Program-made: the position numbers and the translations under genes
The notes under the pieces: model-generated
What the model was told of the DNA's origin: nothing
The model's input: the letters and a program-made list of their open reading frames with translations, nothing else
Databases searched by the model: none
NCBI GenBank assembly: GCA_000165345.1
Contig: CM000433.1
Span: 896,001 to 960,000, forward strand
Direction: 5' to 3'
DNA length: 64,000 bases
Shown here: in pieces, positions 21,062 to 32,815 of the stretch
Layout of the letters: the number at the start of each line of letters is the position of its first letter
Numbering within the stretch: position 1 is the first letter of the stretch

Positions 21062-23095
21062 ATGAGTGCTAAGACTAATAATGTAAATAACAATATTAAT
21101 GACAAAGACGAAATAAGTAATAGTTATGTTGATTTAAAAAATGATGAACAAGGCTCTGATATTCAAGATGAGCCTTTTAATATAAGCAATTTAATATCAG
21201 TGTTGCGTTTTAATTTAAATAATGAAAATGCAAGTAAAGAGAAAATATTGAGCCAAATATACAATTTAATGAATAAAAGAATGCCAATAAAGTATTCTAC
21301 TGTACAAAGAAAGACTAAAGCCAAGGGGTTTGTTACAAGTGAAGATAGATTACGAGGTAAACTTTATAATGATCATTTGAGAAATAAGTCTAAAGAAATC
21401 AACAAAAATCACCATAAAGAAATTCAAGAAAAATCTGCAGACCCTGATTCAGCTAATGAAAGTATTTCAAATAATAATAAAAGTCCTACCAATACTATAA
21501 GAATTACATCCCCCAAAATATCTATAATTAATAAAAATGATATGAAAAATAAGCAAATTAACATATTATTTGATTACATTCTATCAACACTTATCATATC
21601 TGATCAGATCAAAGTTAAATTGGATATATTAACATTACTGGAAGAACAGTATGAGACAATATTGGGAAACCCTGAACAAATTCTTTCTGAAAAAAAATGT
21701 TGGGAAAGATATAATACAACTTTTAATCTATTTGAACATATTATCGCAGCAAATTATAAAGCAATTGCAAATGAGTCAATTAATTTATTTGAAGCTAGTA
21801 CAGTCCTTTCTGGTTCAAATTCAATTTCCATTGATAATATTTACCAAGAATTAATCAACAATCCTAAATATTCAATTCCTATAGTATTACAATCTCAGAC
21901 TTTGGTTACTTTTACAAGTATTGCTCTCTGCTTGAATTTATTGGAAACTGCACCTTTCTGGTTTTCTAAGCTACTTTCTATATTGTTTATTATTTGCAAA
22001 GAAGAATCTATTAAAACACAAAAATCACATGATAGAAATCCTATATTATTCCAAAATTACTATTCAATCTTAAGAAGATATGCGATCGAGTGTCTTATTG
22101 AGATTAATAAGACTTATCCGTTGATTTTTTGTCCTCTGTTAGAAATCAATTTTATACCAAATCAGAATATTGAAAAAGTCAATATTGAAAATCAGGGTTT
22201 TGGCTTTATACAAAGAAATATTCATCCAAGTATTTGGCTAGATAATCTTGAAAAAGGATTCATTACAGATTGCAAGAACTTCAATAAGAATAATATTTAT
22301 AATGACCAATTCATTGAACTAATGATCAATATTATCATTACTTTAATCGTTAAAAATTATACAAAACAAACAGATATTACCAAAGTTATCAAGGAAAAGG
22401 AAAGATTTCTTACATATTTGGTGACTTATATTATGGAGAATTTGAAATCTATTTCATGCTGGAATTTACACAGTCGAATTTTATTCTTGAAAAAAATTAC
22501 AAAAACATTGTCAATACCTTCCAATATTTTGGAATCATCTCTTATACCTTTTTCATATTCATCCAGAATTCATATTTTATTTGAAATTTGTTTCTTTATA
22601 TTGGACGGTATTTCAAAAGAATCTTTCTCCAATGTATATCATCAGATTATTGGAATATTAAATAATTTTCATTTTCCTTTAACTTTTAGAATATATTCAT
22701 CCAAATGGATCCAATTTCTCATTTCGAACTATTCTGAAAAGTTAATTGAACAAACTAATAATCATCAAAATTATACTTTGGCTAAGTTTATTCACCATCT
22801 GTTAATACCAAAATGGTACGATTTTTGTAAAATCAAATACTTTAAATCCCTTATCATTCTTCAGCTTAAGTTCCAAAACGTTATTCAAAATACTAATGAC
22901 GAAGATTTTTTTGAGATTCTTTATCAATCTTTAAATACTTTGCAAGAATATATTATTATTAAAGCTCCTGTTGGTGCACATTCAATTTATTTAAAGCTAT
23001 TATTCAAAATTTCTATATTATTTGGAGTTAACCAACATATTTCTGATTTAATTGTTAAATATACATGCCATCCAAATTTCCCAAATATCATCTGA
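21062..23095 (+). CDS. Hypothetical protein (677 aa)
   Basis: Long uninterrupted ORF starting at an ATG with an N-rich low-complexity N-terminus. No motif recognised. Confidence 0.55.
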   Translation: MSAKTNNVNNNINDKDEISNSYVDLKNDEQGSDIQDEPFNISNLISVLRFNLNNENASKEKILSQIYNLMNKRMPIKYSTVQRKTKAKGFVTSEDRLRGKLYNDHLRNKSKEINKNHHKEIQEKSADPDSANESISNNNKSPTNTIRITSPKISIINKNDMKNKQINILFDYILSTLIISDQIKVKLDILTLLEEQYETILGNPEQILSEKKCWERYNTTFNLFEHIIAANYKAIANESINLFEASTVLSGSNSISIDNIYQELINNPKYSIPIVLQSQTLVTFTSIALCLNLLETAPFWFSKLLSILFIICKEESIKTQKSHDRNPILFQNYYSILRRYAIECLIEINKTYPLIFCPLLEINFIPNQNIEKVNIENQGFGFIQRNIHPSIWLDNLEKGFITDCKNFNKNNIYNDQFIELMINIIITLIVKNYTKQTDITKVIKEKERFLTYLVTYIMENLKSISCWNLHSRILFLKKITKTLSIPSNILESSLIPFSYSSRIHILFEICFFILDGISKESFSNVYHQIIGILNNFHFPLTFRIYSSKWIQFLISNYSEKLIEQTNNHQNYTLAKFIHHLLIPKWYDFCKIKYFKSLIILQLKFQNVIQNTNDEDFFEILYQSLNTLQEYIIIKAPVGAHSIYLKLLFKISILFGVNQHISDLIVKYTCHPNFPNII

Positions 23096-23377
23096 TCACA
23101 TAAATAATTCTATACAATTATTACATTTAATATCAAGTTTATTCATCAAACCAGAGACAATTTGTAAGTTTATATTAATTATTTATTTTAATATTATGGA
23201 CTAATTAACTCATGAATTTTCAATATTTTATTTTCAAAAAAAATTAATATAGTGAACATATTCTACTTTTATTTGAAACTTTCCTGAGTCATATCAAAAC
23301 TTTGAATAATCCAAGAGATATTGATCCATTTCTTATGGTATTGATTTATTTATCGAAGAGACTTTAGATTCACAGAA

Positions 23378-24811
23378 ATGGGAAATCATGCAGTAATTTC
23401 AGATTTGATCAATTCATTATTTTATATTCCAAAAGTATTTCTTGAAAAGATTCAAAAACCTGTACTTAAATGGATTTATATTAATAAAGTTTTTACAGTA
23501 AGTTTATTAACTATTGTTATTTTTATTTTAACAAAATTTTAGGTTTGTTTGTCAATAATAACAAATAATATGAATAATTATAATGTAATTTACTTGCTAA
23601 ATAATTTATTTGGTTATATTAAAAGTCAATTAAAAGTTTATGATACTCAATTATTGGACTCAATAAATGAAATAGAATGTTCAATGAATTGTATGAGCTT
23701 GAGAACTATTCATGGTTTATTTGAGATAGAAGAATATAAGCAATGTAAAGAGAATTTAAACAATTTAGAACATATTTCAAAACAAAGAGAAAGTAAATTG
23801 GAAGAGAGGCTTCAAACAGAAAATGTGAATAAAGAACTTTATAAAATTCGATTAGATGCATATAAACAGTTTAGAAGACAAATATATGGTTTGAGAGATG
23901 ATTCATTTTCTATTTTCTCAAAGAATAAGCAACATAATACTTTAATATTACCATTCCAAATTAAATATCTCGAGATTGATGAAGAGCAAAGTTGTTTATA
24001 TGGAATAAAATTAAATTTTAAATCAAGTAATGATTCTTTAGGAATTGATCCAGTTTATATTCCATTCTTAAAACCTCAAAATATTCAAGAATTAGAGAAA
24101 GAAGATATTGAAGAAATGGTGATTAGCAAATACCTAGAAGAAGAAAACTCTAGAGTGATAAATTTGAATAATAATATTGTTTTTCTTTTGTTAATTGTAA
24201 AGGTTAAATTTCCAATTCCAGGAAAATTACAAATTGATATGGAATTCAATGATAAATTCGGTCAAACAATTTATGATAAACTTGACAGTATTCAAATCTC
24301 CTTTCAAGATTACTTTCTTCCTTCTCCAAATGAAGATTGGATTTTAAAATGTTATAAAGCTCTCAGTTTGAGACCATTAGAGTTAGAATCTGAAACATCA
24401 AAACATAAAAGTCAATTAGAAACTCCAGAAATGGTGAATACATGTAAACTTTTGGATATATCATCGAATTTAGTATTAAGAAATATCAATAAGCATTTAC
24501 GTACTTTTGAAATAAATGGAAATGAATTACTTTCTGTGATTAATGAAAAAATTAATATTAAGGAAGATTTTGATTTTAAACATGATTTGTTAATTCATCA
24601 AATAGAACTTAAGAAACAAAACTTTATTGAGGATTTACAAGTTCAAATTAGCTATAGATGGTTTTGTATTCACTTATTACCAAAATATTATTTAATAATT
24701 CAGTTTTCTATCACTAATAAGTCATCAATAGTCAGAATTTACACGGATTTCCCTGAGATTCTTTCTCATTGTGATGATTTTTTTGATTCTTGGTTATCAT
24801 TATCACCATAA
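23378..24811 (+). CDS. Hypothetical protein; two exons
   Basis: Exons are 23378..23497 and 23543..24811. The intron 23498..23542 (45 nt) runs from GTAAGT to AAATTTTAG. The large ORF has no ATG near its 5' end (the track start is a TTG), and the frame is open back to the acceptor. The upstream exon supplies MGNHAVISDLINSLFYIPKVFLEKIQKPVLKWIYINKVFT in phase 0. Confidence 0.45.
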
Positions 24812-25041
24812 TTGTTTTAATTAATGTAATTTAAACAAAAAAACATATAAATTTAATAAATGGAGAATTCTGCATGCAATAAAATGCATGCAGTGCATGT
24901 AACTGTAACAAGTGAAGCTAGTGGTAATAATTTATTATTAAAATACAAAAAAGTATATATTTAATGAATCAAGAAAACAAGAAAAAATAAATCTAAAACC
25001 TTTAAGTTTATATAATTTGTATACCTGAATTATTATGAAGT

Positions 25042-26254
25042 TCAATTTTTCATAAACTTCATTCTTTCTTCTAAAGAAGAAATTTGTTTTTGATTGATTT
25101 TATTCCTCATTTCATGCAAATATTCACGATGTTTGGCGGGCTCTTTATTCGAAATATTACTTTTAGCATTAAATTTCTTAATTCTTTCATTTTGAGTGAG
25201 TTTTCCATAATTAATCATTTTTTGAAGTTTTTCTTCTCTATCTGATTTTGAAAGATGATGGTTATTTTTATTTCTTCTATTTACATGAGTGTGAATATTG
25301 TATTTTTTTCTTGAATCATTCTGATGTTTGTAATTATTTGAAAAATAGGGTTCTGATGGTCTCTCAGGTGATCTTGAGAGAGAACTTTTTCTAAACTTTA
25401 TATTTTTTTCTGAAGTTGTTAATTTCAAATTTGCTTGGCAAAATTCATCACGCTTTTTTTTATAATCATCAACTATTTTCATATGTTTGAGTTCCATTTG
25501 CTTAATAATTAGTAAAGGATCTTCTTTTAGTCTGTTGATGATTTCTTTTTCTTCCAAGTCAAAATCTGCCTCCAGATTTTCTTGGTTTTGAAATTTTGTT
25601 TCACCCAATATTTTGGATGTATTTTCTGGAATATTAGCACCTGAAATAGATTAAATACAAAGTAAATTAATAACTAAATTTTAATTTATTTGGATGTGTG
25701 GGCTTCTTATTAATATTTTGTATTAATTTCTTAGTAAAATGAGTCAATATTTAAGTATTTATTGATATTCTTTTTTTATTTTTTTTTTTTTTAAATGAAA
25801 AAGATGAGTAATTTGTCAAATCAATATTTAAAATTGAAGTTTTGAGAATTTAAATAAAAACCATACTTATTAATTCATTGGTTCCGGAAATGTATATTTA
25901 TTGATTTTCTCTTCAGAAAAAGTGAATATTAATTTAAAAAGAAAAAAAAATTGAGTATTAAATTTGGCTTGAAGCTGAAGTTTTTTTAATTTAACATTTT
26001 AATTATAGCCCCTTAATAACATTCAAATATTATCATATTTCTATCATTTCTATTATTAATATCAATTTATTACTTTAATTATTAAAAAAAAACAGCTCTA
26101 TTTTACCCCCAAGAAAAAAATAGTCTTAACCAATATCATTTTGCAGAACCCCATCTTTTAAATTAAAGAACTTACCTAGTAAATACTTTTCATTGTCATA
26201 TTCTAACAAAGCTTTTGGGTCATAAAGAAACTCCAATCTCTCCTTATTACTCAT
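25042..26254 (-). CDS. CWC25-like pre-mRNA splicing factor; two exons separated by a 535-nt intron
   Basis: Exons are 26176..26254 (MSNKERLEFLYDPKALLEYDNEKYLL) and 25042..25640. The donor is GGTAAGTTC and the acceptor CTATTTCAG. LEFLYD..KYLLG and RLKEDPLLIIKQME match the CWC25 family motifs LEWMYQ..DYLLG and KIREDPLFIIRK. The ORF-track start at 25608 is a TTG with the frame open upstream. The C-terminus is K/R-rich. Confidence 0.5.
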
Positions 26255-26335
26255 TAATTCTACCCAAAATTATTCTCCTCAATCTAGTCAAAAATTCTAT
26301 TCTTACGTATTTATTTTAAAATTCAAAACAAAAAA

Positions 26336-26361
26336 GTTGGCATTGGCGCGCGCGCCATCTA
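26336..26361. promoter_or_regulatory. Palindromic E2F-like element TTGGCATTGGCGCGCGCGCCATCTAG at the centre of the bidirectional spacer between the CWC25-like gene (-) and 26542(+)
   Basis: This is the only GC-rich stretch in the spacer. It is palindromic around GGCGCGCGCGCC. Confidence 0.45.
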
Positions 26362-26541
26362 GTTTATGACAAATTTATTTTAGTCATTATAATTAACTAA
26401 ATGAGGAAATTTAAGGGAAAATCAAGGAGGAAAAGAAATAACTAGATAATAAAAGGTTAAACTTTATGCACAATATAAATTATCTGAATAAAGTTATAAA
26501 GTAAATGGAGAAGAAACAGTGAAAAGAAAGTGGAGGAAATA

Positions 26542-28155
26542 ATGGAAGCTTTTCCAAATAATTGGAAATTTTTCAAGGTAAATTTTGACGAAACAAAATG
26601 GGACTTCCTTGTAGATGGAGGAATGCACTCCGTATTCTTAACAACTTCCAACATAAAGCTGAGTTTCAATAATTGTCTCCGATATAATCAATTTTATTTT
26701 TCCGAGAAGAACAACTCTGCAATTATTTCTATTTTTAATGATCAAGAAAATCAAGTATTTGATAATTTTGAAGTTGTTATGAGTTATTTTGTTCTAAAGG
26801 TTGAAAAGAAGCCTACAAATGTTATTGAAGATATAATAAATAAGATTCTCTTTGAATTTGGACTTAACAAAACTCAATTATCCAGATGTATTATTTCACC
26901 AAGAGTTCCTCTTCTATTTATTCAAAAAAATTTATTTCGGCTTGGATGGTTTGAACCAAATCTATCTTTAATTAATATTCCATTTTTTCCATTAAGTGCA
27001 TGCAATATACACACAAAGTGCGCGCCCCATTTTTTTAATTTAGAATTTAAGCCTAAATGTGTATTACCATTATTAATTGGTGATTTTACACTTTACAGAG
27101 TTCTTCAGAAATTGATTTTAGATAATTCTTGGATAATATGTTCTTCTGGTCTAAGTCAGAAAAAAATTGACCAAGAGTTTGGCTTATTATTAAGATTTAA
27201 AAGATTATGTGGGGTAAAAAATATACCTTGCCAGATTTCTATACAAAAATTATCAAAAGATGACAATTTTGAAAATATATACTCTCCTATTCATTTATTC
27301 TTTTCTAAATCAAAAGATCAAATTTTTTCTGAATTCTTAAAAGCATTAAAAATCTCTGGAAAAGTTATACAAAATAATTCAATTATTAACTTCAATCATT
27401 TATTAAAAAATTCTAACTTTACAGAAATTATTCAAAATGAAATCCCTATATTTTCTGACTCTCTTTCACATTTTTCACAAATTTTTCACAAGTTAATATT
27501 ATGTCAAACTTTTTGTGCTGGACAACAAATTTTGGCTTATTATTTATTTATTGTTCTTAAATTTATTATACCTATTAATGAGATAAAGAAATTAATTAAT
27601 AATCAAACTGTCAATATTTCTACTGTAATGGAAGAGCTATCATCAATTTCTTCAAGTTTAATGAATATTGAATTTTATCATGATAAAGCTGTTGAGAATT
27701 TTCAATTTGGATTATTATATTTAACAAAACTTATTTTTCATATTAAAAAGAATTCTTTATATAAAAATCAATTCAATAAAAATATCAAGGAGGTAATAGA
27801 TAATGATGTAGAATTCAGCTATGCTATTAAAAATACAACTCTATGGCTTTCTAAATATTTCTTTGGAAGATCTGTATGTGATTGTTCATTAATTATAGTA
27901 GTTCTATATACAAATCAAAATAGTTTAACTCCTAATTATTCTGACTTTAAACTAATTAAGACATTCAGTACAGATCACAAATTGAATCTAAATTATTCTA
28001 AAGTTTGGGCTCAAATTAAGATAATTGATATTTCCAATAAACCTTTGGAAAAAATTGATTTTTGGAAGTCTCAATTCTTATACTTAGTTAAGAAGTTACT
28101 AATCAATTATAAAAAGACAAAAAAAGCGAAATTAAAGGATATGGAAATACTTTAA
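26542..28155 (+). CDS. Hypothetical protein (537 aa)
   Basis: The ORF-track start at 26530 is a GTG. The first ATG is at 26542 (MEAFPNNWKFFKV...). No motif recognised. Confidence 0.55.
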   Translation: MEAFPNNWKFFKVNFDETKWDFLVDGGMHSVFLTTSNIKLSFNNCLRYNQFYFSEKNNSAIISIFNDQENQVFDNFEVVMSYFVLKVEKKPTNVIEDIINKILFEFGLNKTQLSRCIISPRVPLLFIQKNLFRLGWFEPNLSLINIPFFPLSACNIHTKCAPHFFNLEFKPKCVLPLLIGDFTLYRVLQKLILDNSWIICSSGLSQKKIDQEFGLLLRFKRLCGVKNIPCQISIQKLSKDDNFENIYSPIHLFFSKSKDQIFSEFLKALKISGKVIQNNSIINFNHLLKNSNFTEIIQNEIPIFSDSLSHFSQIFHKLILCQTFCAGQQILAYYLFIVLKFIIPINEIKKLINNQTVNISTVMEELSSISSSLMNIEFYHDKAVENFQFGLLYLTKLIFHIKKNSLYKNQFNKNIKEVIDNDVEFSYAIKNTTLWLSKYFFGRSVCDCSLIIVVLYTNQNSLTPNYSDFKLIKTFSTDHKLNLNYSKVWAQIKIIDISNKPLEKIDFWKSQFLYLVKKLLINYKKTKKAKLKDMEIL

Positions 28156-28425
28156 AATCATTATTTTTAACAATTAGTATATTTTTTTTTATATTAATAG
28201 TAATTTTAAGTACTTTATCGGATATAATTCAAGTTTTCTAATCTTTTCCATCATCCTCCGTATTATTGCATATATTGATTTTGCAATTTATTATATAACT
28301 TATATTCGATTTCAAAATCTGAGGAGAAATCGAACTCCTTGTGTATTATTATTAGATTCTCATTCACATATCTTTAGTAATTAACCAATGAATTTGAGGT
28401 GATGAAAACCTTTATAGAAGATCCT

Positions 28426-30924
28426 CTATATATTTCCCCCAATGCTCTTCCTAGATCCAACACTACTCCTTCTATAATTAAGGCTTTCCTCTAAACTGAA
28501 TCTTGGAGTTATTGATGCTCCTTTTTGTATTCTCAGTAATGTGTCTTCAACCACTTCCATTGAATCACCGTTAGAGTTGTATCCAACATGTTGTTGTTCA
28601 TCTTCTTCAATAGTATCAAATGCCTTTTTTGCCAGTAATCTTTGGAAGTTTTGCATTCCTATTTCAGCATCATCTAGAAGAGACATGCAATCATTCAAAA
28701 CTGCAATACTTTCCATTTGAATAAACTGTGACTGGTGACATTCATTTAATAGCTCATCAATATCAATATCAGGTTTTTTATTTTCTTGTATATTATTTGG
28801 ATCAATTTCTGCAACACCATTATCTTCAAAAGATATTACAGGAGTAGGAGAGCATAAATTGCTTGTATCACTTTTATCAACATCGCTATTTTCTTGTTCT
28901 CCCTCTTCTTTTCTAGAATTAGCTTTTGGTGATTCAAAATTCTGATTAATAGGAGTTTTAGTCGATTCTAATTCATTCAAAAGAATATTTGTAGATTTGA
29001 GAATATATTCAAAGTCTTCTGGCATAACATTAATACTTTCATGATCATCTTCCTGATTCTTATCAATTCCAGATGAGAATAATCTTGAATTCAACTCTTC
29101 TGCTTCCTCTAAAGCTTTATTTAATCTATTTATATTCAAATTCAAAAGACCAATTTTACTGATCAATTCATCTCTTTCTGAATTCACTGTTTGATACTTA
29201 TCTTCGTTATATTTAACTTCAGGAATCCATGACATTATATCATGTAATTCCAACTCCTTCTCGCTTTCATGTTCAAAAGCTTTATTCAAGAAATACTTAT
29301 GAATACCACTAATTGCTTTAATCATTAACTCGTCATCAATATAATTACATGAAGAACCAGACTGATCTCCTTCATTATCATTTTTTTGGTTAATGGATTT
29401 TTCGAATAATCTGATTTCCTCTTTTGATAGCTGAACAAGCCTCAAACAGATATTGCTGTCAACAGTCATTGTATCCAGCATTTTATTATAGTCTATTTTA
29501 ACATTGGACCCATTTTCTTGATCAAAATCTATGGTATCAAACCTATCTTCATGTTCTTGATAATCAATTAGCGGAATTTCACCTGGATCAAACTTCAATT
29601 CCTCAAACTCTGGGAGAGTTTCTTCTTTTTGTTGAACTTTAGATCTCCTTGAAGAAAATCGTACTTGTTTAGAATAATTATCATCAGAAGCATCAATGCT
29701 TTTTCTTAAAATACTTCCTGTAGTTCTTTGCTTTGCTTCTTCTCTTTTACTACTTTCACTTAATTCTTTCCTCTTTACAGTAATATCAACTTTTGGAGAT
29801 GGCCCAACACCAATCTCACTAGTTTTTGTCTCAATTAGTTCAACAACATCATCGCTTTGATTTTCTTGAAGAAGATTAATATCTCTAAGAGGAGTATCAC
29901 CACCAACCATTGCATCACAATGAATCTTTATTCCTTTTTGGTGAAATTGTTTCTGAACAGGTATATTTTGATTTACTATAGACTTCTCAGAGCGATTTTC
30001 AAGATAACTCCTGTTAGAATTAGCATAATTAGCTTTTTCATGTTCATGATTAAAATGATTTTGGCGATAATTTTGATTTACAAATTCACGATTAACCTCT
30101 TTGGAGCTTCCTACATGAATTAAGTTACCATTTACTGTTCTAACCATCTCTGATCTAAAGGATTTCAGTGGAGTTTCTATTGAATAGATACCATCATTTA
30201 CACTATAAACATTACTTTGATATTCTTCTGGTTTATTGTTGAATTCTATATTACTTCCATTGACTATAATATTCTCGTCATTTTTAGAACGACTAAAGTG
30301 CTGATCACGAATACTATTCAAATATTCCTCATGGTCTTGAGTTGTATCCTTATTAATTTTTGGCCAATAATCTTCCGTTCTAGGGAGAGGAGGTAGATTT
30401 GAAGATCCTTTTTCAGCTCTTTTTCTGAGAGAATTTTCCATAGATTTATCTAGAATATTAGCACCAACTTGTCTCATAGACATTGCTTTGCTTCTTGTAT
30501 TATACATGAATGTATTTTTAGAGTTATTATTAATGGAATGATTTGTTGGATAATTTCTTGATGATAAATCATCTTGGAATATATCAACATTTTCATTTTG
30601 GTGTAATATTCTAGAATGATTAATTTCATTTCTTTCATCAACAGATTCTTGTGGAATTAATGTTCTTTTTCTTCGAACTTTGGGGACTGCTCTCGCTTCC
30701 ATATTTTTATTATATCTATCTTGCATAATCATATTATTCATATTTGCTCTTGATAATCCGTGTTTTATAGGATTTGTTGACATATGTGGCTGATCTAGTT
30801 CCATTGGAGATTCGGTCATATTCCTATAATAATTTTCATCTGGTAAATTGATTGATTCCAAGTATGGACTTTCTGTACCATGTTCTCCGCCAATCGCAGA
30901 TCCATATCTTCTCTTTCTCGCCAT
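28426..30924 (-). CDS. Hypothetical N/S-rich low-complexity protein with a coiled-coil segment (832 aa)
   Basis: Uninterrupted ORF starting at an ATG (MARKRRYG...). A predicted coiled coil lies around LISKIGLLNLNINRLNKALEEAEELNS. Confidence 0.6.
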   Translation of the reverse strand: MARKRRYGSAIGGEHGTESPYLESINLPDENYYRNMTESPMELDQPHMSTNPIKHGLSRANMNNMIMQDRYNKNMEARAVPKVRRKRTLIPQESVDERNEINHSRILHQNENVDIFQDDLSSRNYPTNHSINNNSKNTFMYNTRSKAMSMRQVGANILDKSMENSLRKRAEKGSSNLPPLPRTEDYWPKINKDTTQDHEEYLNSIRDQHFSRSKNDENIIVNGSNIEFNNKPEEYQSNVYSVNDGIYSIETPLKSFRSEMVRTVNGNLIHVGSSKEVNREFVNQNYRQNHFNHEHEKANYANSNRSYLENRSEKSIVNQNIPVQKQFHQKGIKIHCDAMVGGDTPLRDINLLQENQSDDVVELIETKTSEIGVGPSPKVDITVKRKELSESSKREEAKQRTTGSILRKSIDASDDNYSKQVRFSSRRSKVQQKEETLPEFEELKFDPGEIPLIDYQEHEDRFDTIDFDQENGSNVKIDYNKMLDTMTVDSNICLRLVQLSKEEIRLFEKSINQKNDNEGDQSGSSCNYIDDELMIKAISGIHKYFLNKAFEHESEKELELHDIMSWIPEVKYNEDKYQTVNSERDELISKIGLLNLNINRLNKALEEAEELNSRLFSSGIDKNQEDDHESINVMPEDFEYILKSTNILLNELESTKTPINQNFESPKANSRKEEGEQENSDVDKSDTSNLCSPTPVISFEDNGVAEIDPNNIQENKKPDIDIDELLNECHQSQFIQMESIAVLNDCMSLLDDAEIGMQNFQRLLAKKAFDTIEEDEQQHVGYNSNGDSMEVVEDTLLRIQKGASITPRFSLEESLNYRRSSVGSRKSIGGNI

Positions 30925-31321
30925 TTCTCACTTCAGAATTGAAGTTTATTATGGCGAGTAAATAAAAAGGGAAAAAAAAAAGAACTTGGACCAACTCTTT
31001 CCTGCAAATTTAATAAACTTCTTGAATATCAATTTCAGTATTCAACTGTCCTTTTACTTAATAACTTTGGTAATAAACGAATGAGTAATATATAAATATT
31101 TTTATAAATTTTTTAAAATATTACTTATATTACTATAAAAGTTTCTTTTTCTTCAGGAAATTTAATTCATTAATTCAGAATTTTTCACATTTATTTGTAT
31201 TCACACAGGACTGAATAACTTTATCAATATATACCACTTTCTTCCGAAATATTATGTTACAATTTATATTATTTCAATTATTTTTTTTTTTTTTCTTAAA
31301 TTAATTAATTTTTAAAAAATA

Positions 31322-31358
<37 letters not shown>

Positions 31359-31820
31359 CACTAATTATTTATCTTTACATAATTTTTTACACGTCATATA
31401 TTTTTTTTGTTTGCGTGTGGGGGGCTATACCGGTGTTTGCATGCTTGTCCACTTGAAATTATTTTACTCTATAAATAATTCAAAGTAAAAAATTAATAAA
31501 CTATTAGATTAAATAAAAAAAATTTAATTAGGAAATGAATAAATACACACAATAAATAAAGTAATTTGGAAATTTTTATTTTTTATCCTAGTTATTTTTC
31601 AGATTTCTTTTCCTGATTTTTCAAGCTTTAATTCGTATTTTTCTAAATTTTATCTAAATTTTATTCATCCTCACAAAGTGGCGCTCATTGGCGGCAACTT
31701 TATGAAATTTTATCTTAGAAATAGAAATAGCCAAGAATATGCAATCATAAGAATAACTTGATGTGATGATTAATCAAAATAAAACAGATCGATTTGTGTG
31801 TAGTGTCCAAAAAGAAAGCA

Positions 31821-32537
31821 ATGACGAATGAATTATTGGATTCAGATGAAATAAATAAGGTTTGGAATCAAAGCCATGAAGATAAAACTACTTTTTCTGT
31901 CATATTTTCACTAGCTCAAGGCATGTTTTGTATAGTAAATATGATTTTTGGATATTTTATATTATTTAACCACTTTAATCAACTTCTTGAAAATAGATAT
32001 ATTTTGAAAATTCTACTTTTTACAATGTTTGGTGAAATTTTTACTTCAATTATATCCGCATTTTGTATGATTTTGGTACGATTTATTTTTGGAATTAGAT
32101 CTTCAACATATTTCTTATCAGTTATAAGTTTATTAAGTACATTATTGCAATCTGTATTTTATTATTCTTGCTTTGTGGCCAGTGTTATAATTCTTCATTT
32201 ATGGTATTTTCAAATTAATACCAATCCTGGTAATTTTCTTTATAATTTTATGATTAATAAAAATACTACTTTGGATTTAAAACATCATTTGTTGATTTAT
32301 TTCTTTATTGAAGCTTTTATTTCTCTCATAGAAGTTTTAACCAGCATTCCAATTCTAGTTAGTATTATAAATTATGGTTTAACTAAAGAAATTGAAAAAA
32401 TTAAAGGAAAACCTATAGTCGAATTCTATAATGTTAACCGGCCCATTACATACACTAATTACCAAAACTATGAAAAAGCATTTGAAAATTTAAATAATCA
32501 ATCTTCTAGACCTGAAGCTCATTATGTGCAGATATAA
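31821..32537 (+). CDS. Hypothetical four-transmembrane-helix membrane protein
   Basis: The ORF-track start at 31794 is a TTG. The first ATG is at 31821 (MTNELLDS...). There are four hydrophobic segments of about 20 residues. Confidence 0.55.
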   Translation: MTNELLDSDEINKVWNQSHEDKTTFSVIFSLAQGMFCIVNMIFGYFILFNHFNQLLENRYILKILLFTMFGEIFTSIISAFCMILVRFIFGIRSSTYFLSVISLLSTLLQSVFYYSCFVASVIILHLWYFQINTNPGNFLYNFMINKNTTLDLKHHLLIYFFIEAFISLIEVLTSIPILVSIINYGLTKEIEKIKGKPIVEFYNVNRPITYTNYQNYEKAFENLNNQSSRPEAHYVQI

Positions 32538-32734
32538 TATATCTTTCTCTTCCTTAATTATTATCATTGTTATACAGAATTACAATTCTAAACAAAGTTT
32601 GTATAACTAATAGTCTAAATTTTAGCTCATTTATCTAAATTATATATATATTTCTTTTATTCATCCTCGCCATTTTTTTTTTAGAATGGTAATTTTCCAT
32701 TCAATCTACTTATCAATTTATTTAATAGTAGCGT

Positions 32735-32746
32735 TTGGCGCCAAAG
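32735..32746. promoter_or_regulatory. Canonical palindromic E2F-like site TTTGGCGCCAAA about 70 bp upstream of the U1-C gene
   Basis: gcgtttggcgccaaagct. Confidence 0.45.
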
Positions 32747-32815
32747 CTATTTAATTATTTTTATTTCTATGAAAATAAAAGGTAAATTTTGTAAGAACAC
32801 TAATTGGTATGAATA

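Noticed and set aside
26160-26200. AACTTACCTAG at 26170, considered as the 5' end of a U1 snRNA (ACUUACCUG)
   Set aside because: The downstream sequence lacks all U1 stem-loops. The motif is instead the reverse complement of the GGTAAGTT donor of the CWC25-like gene.
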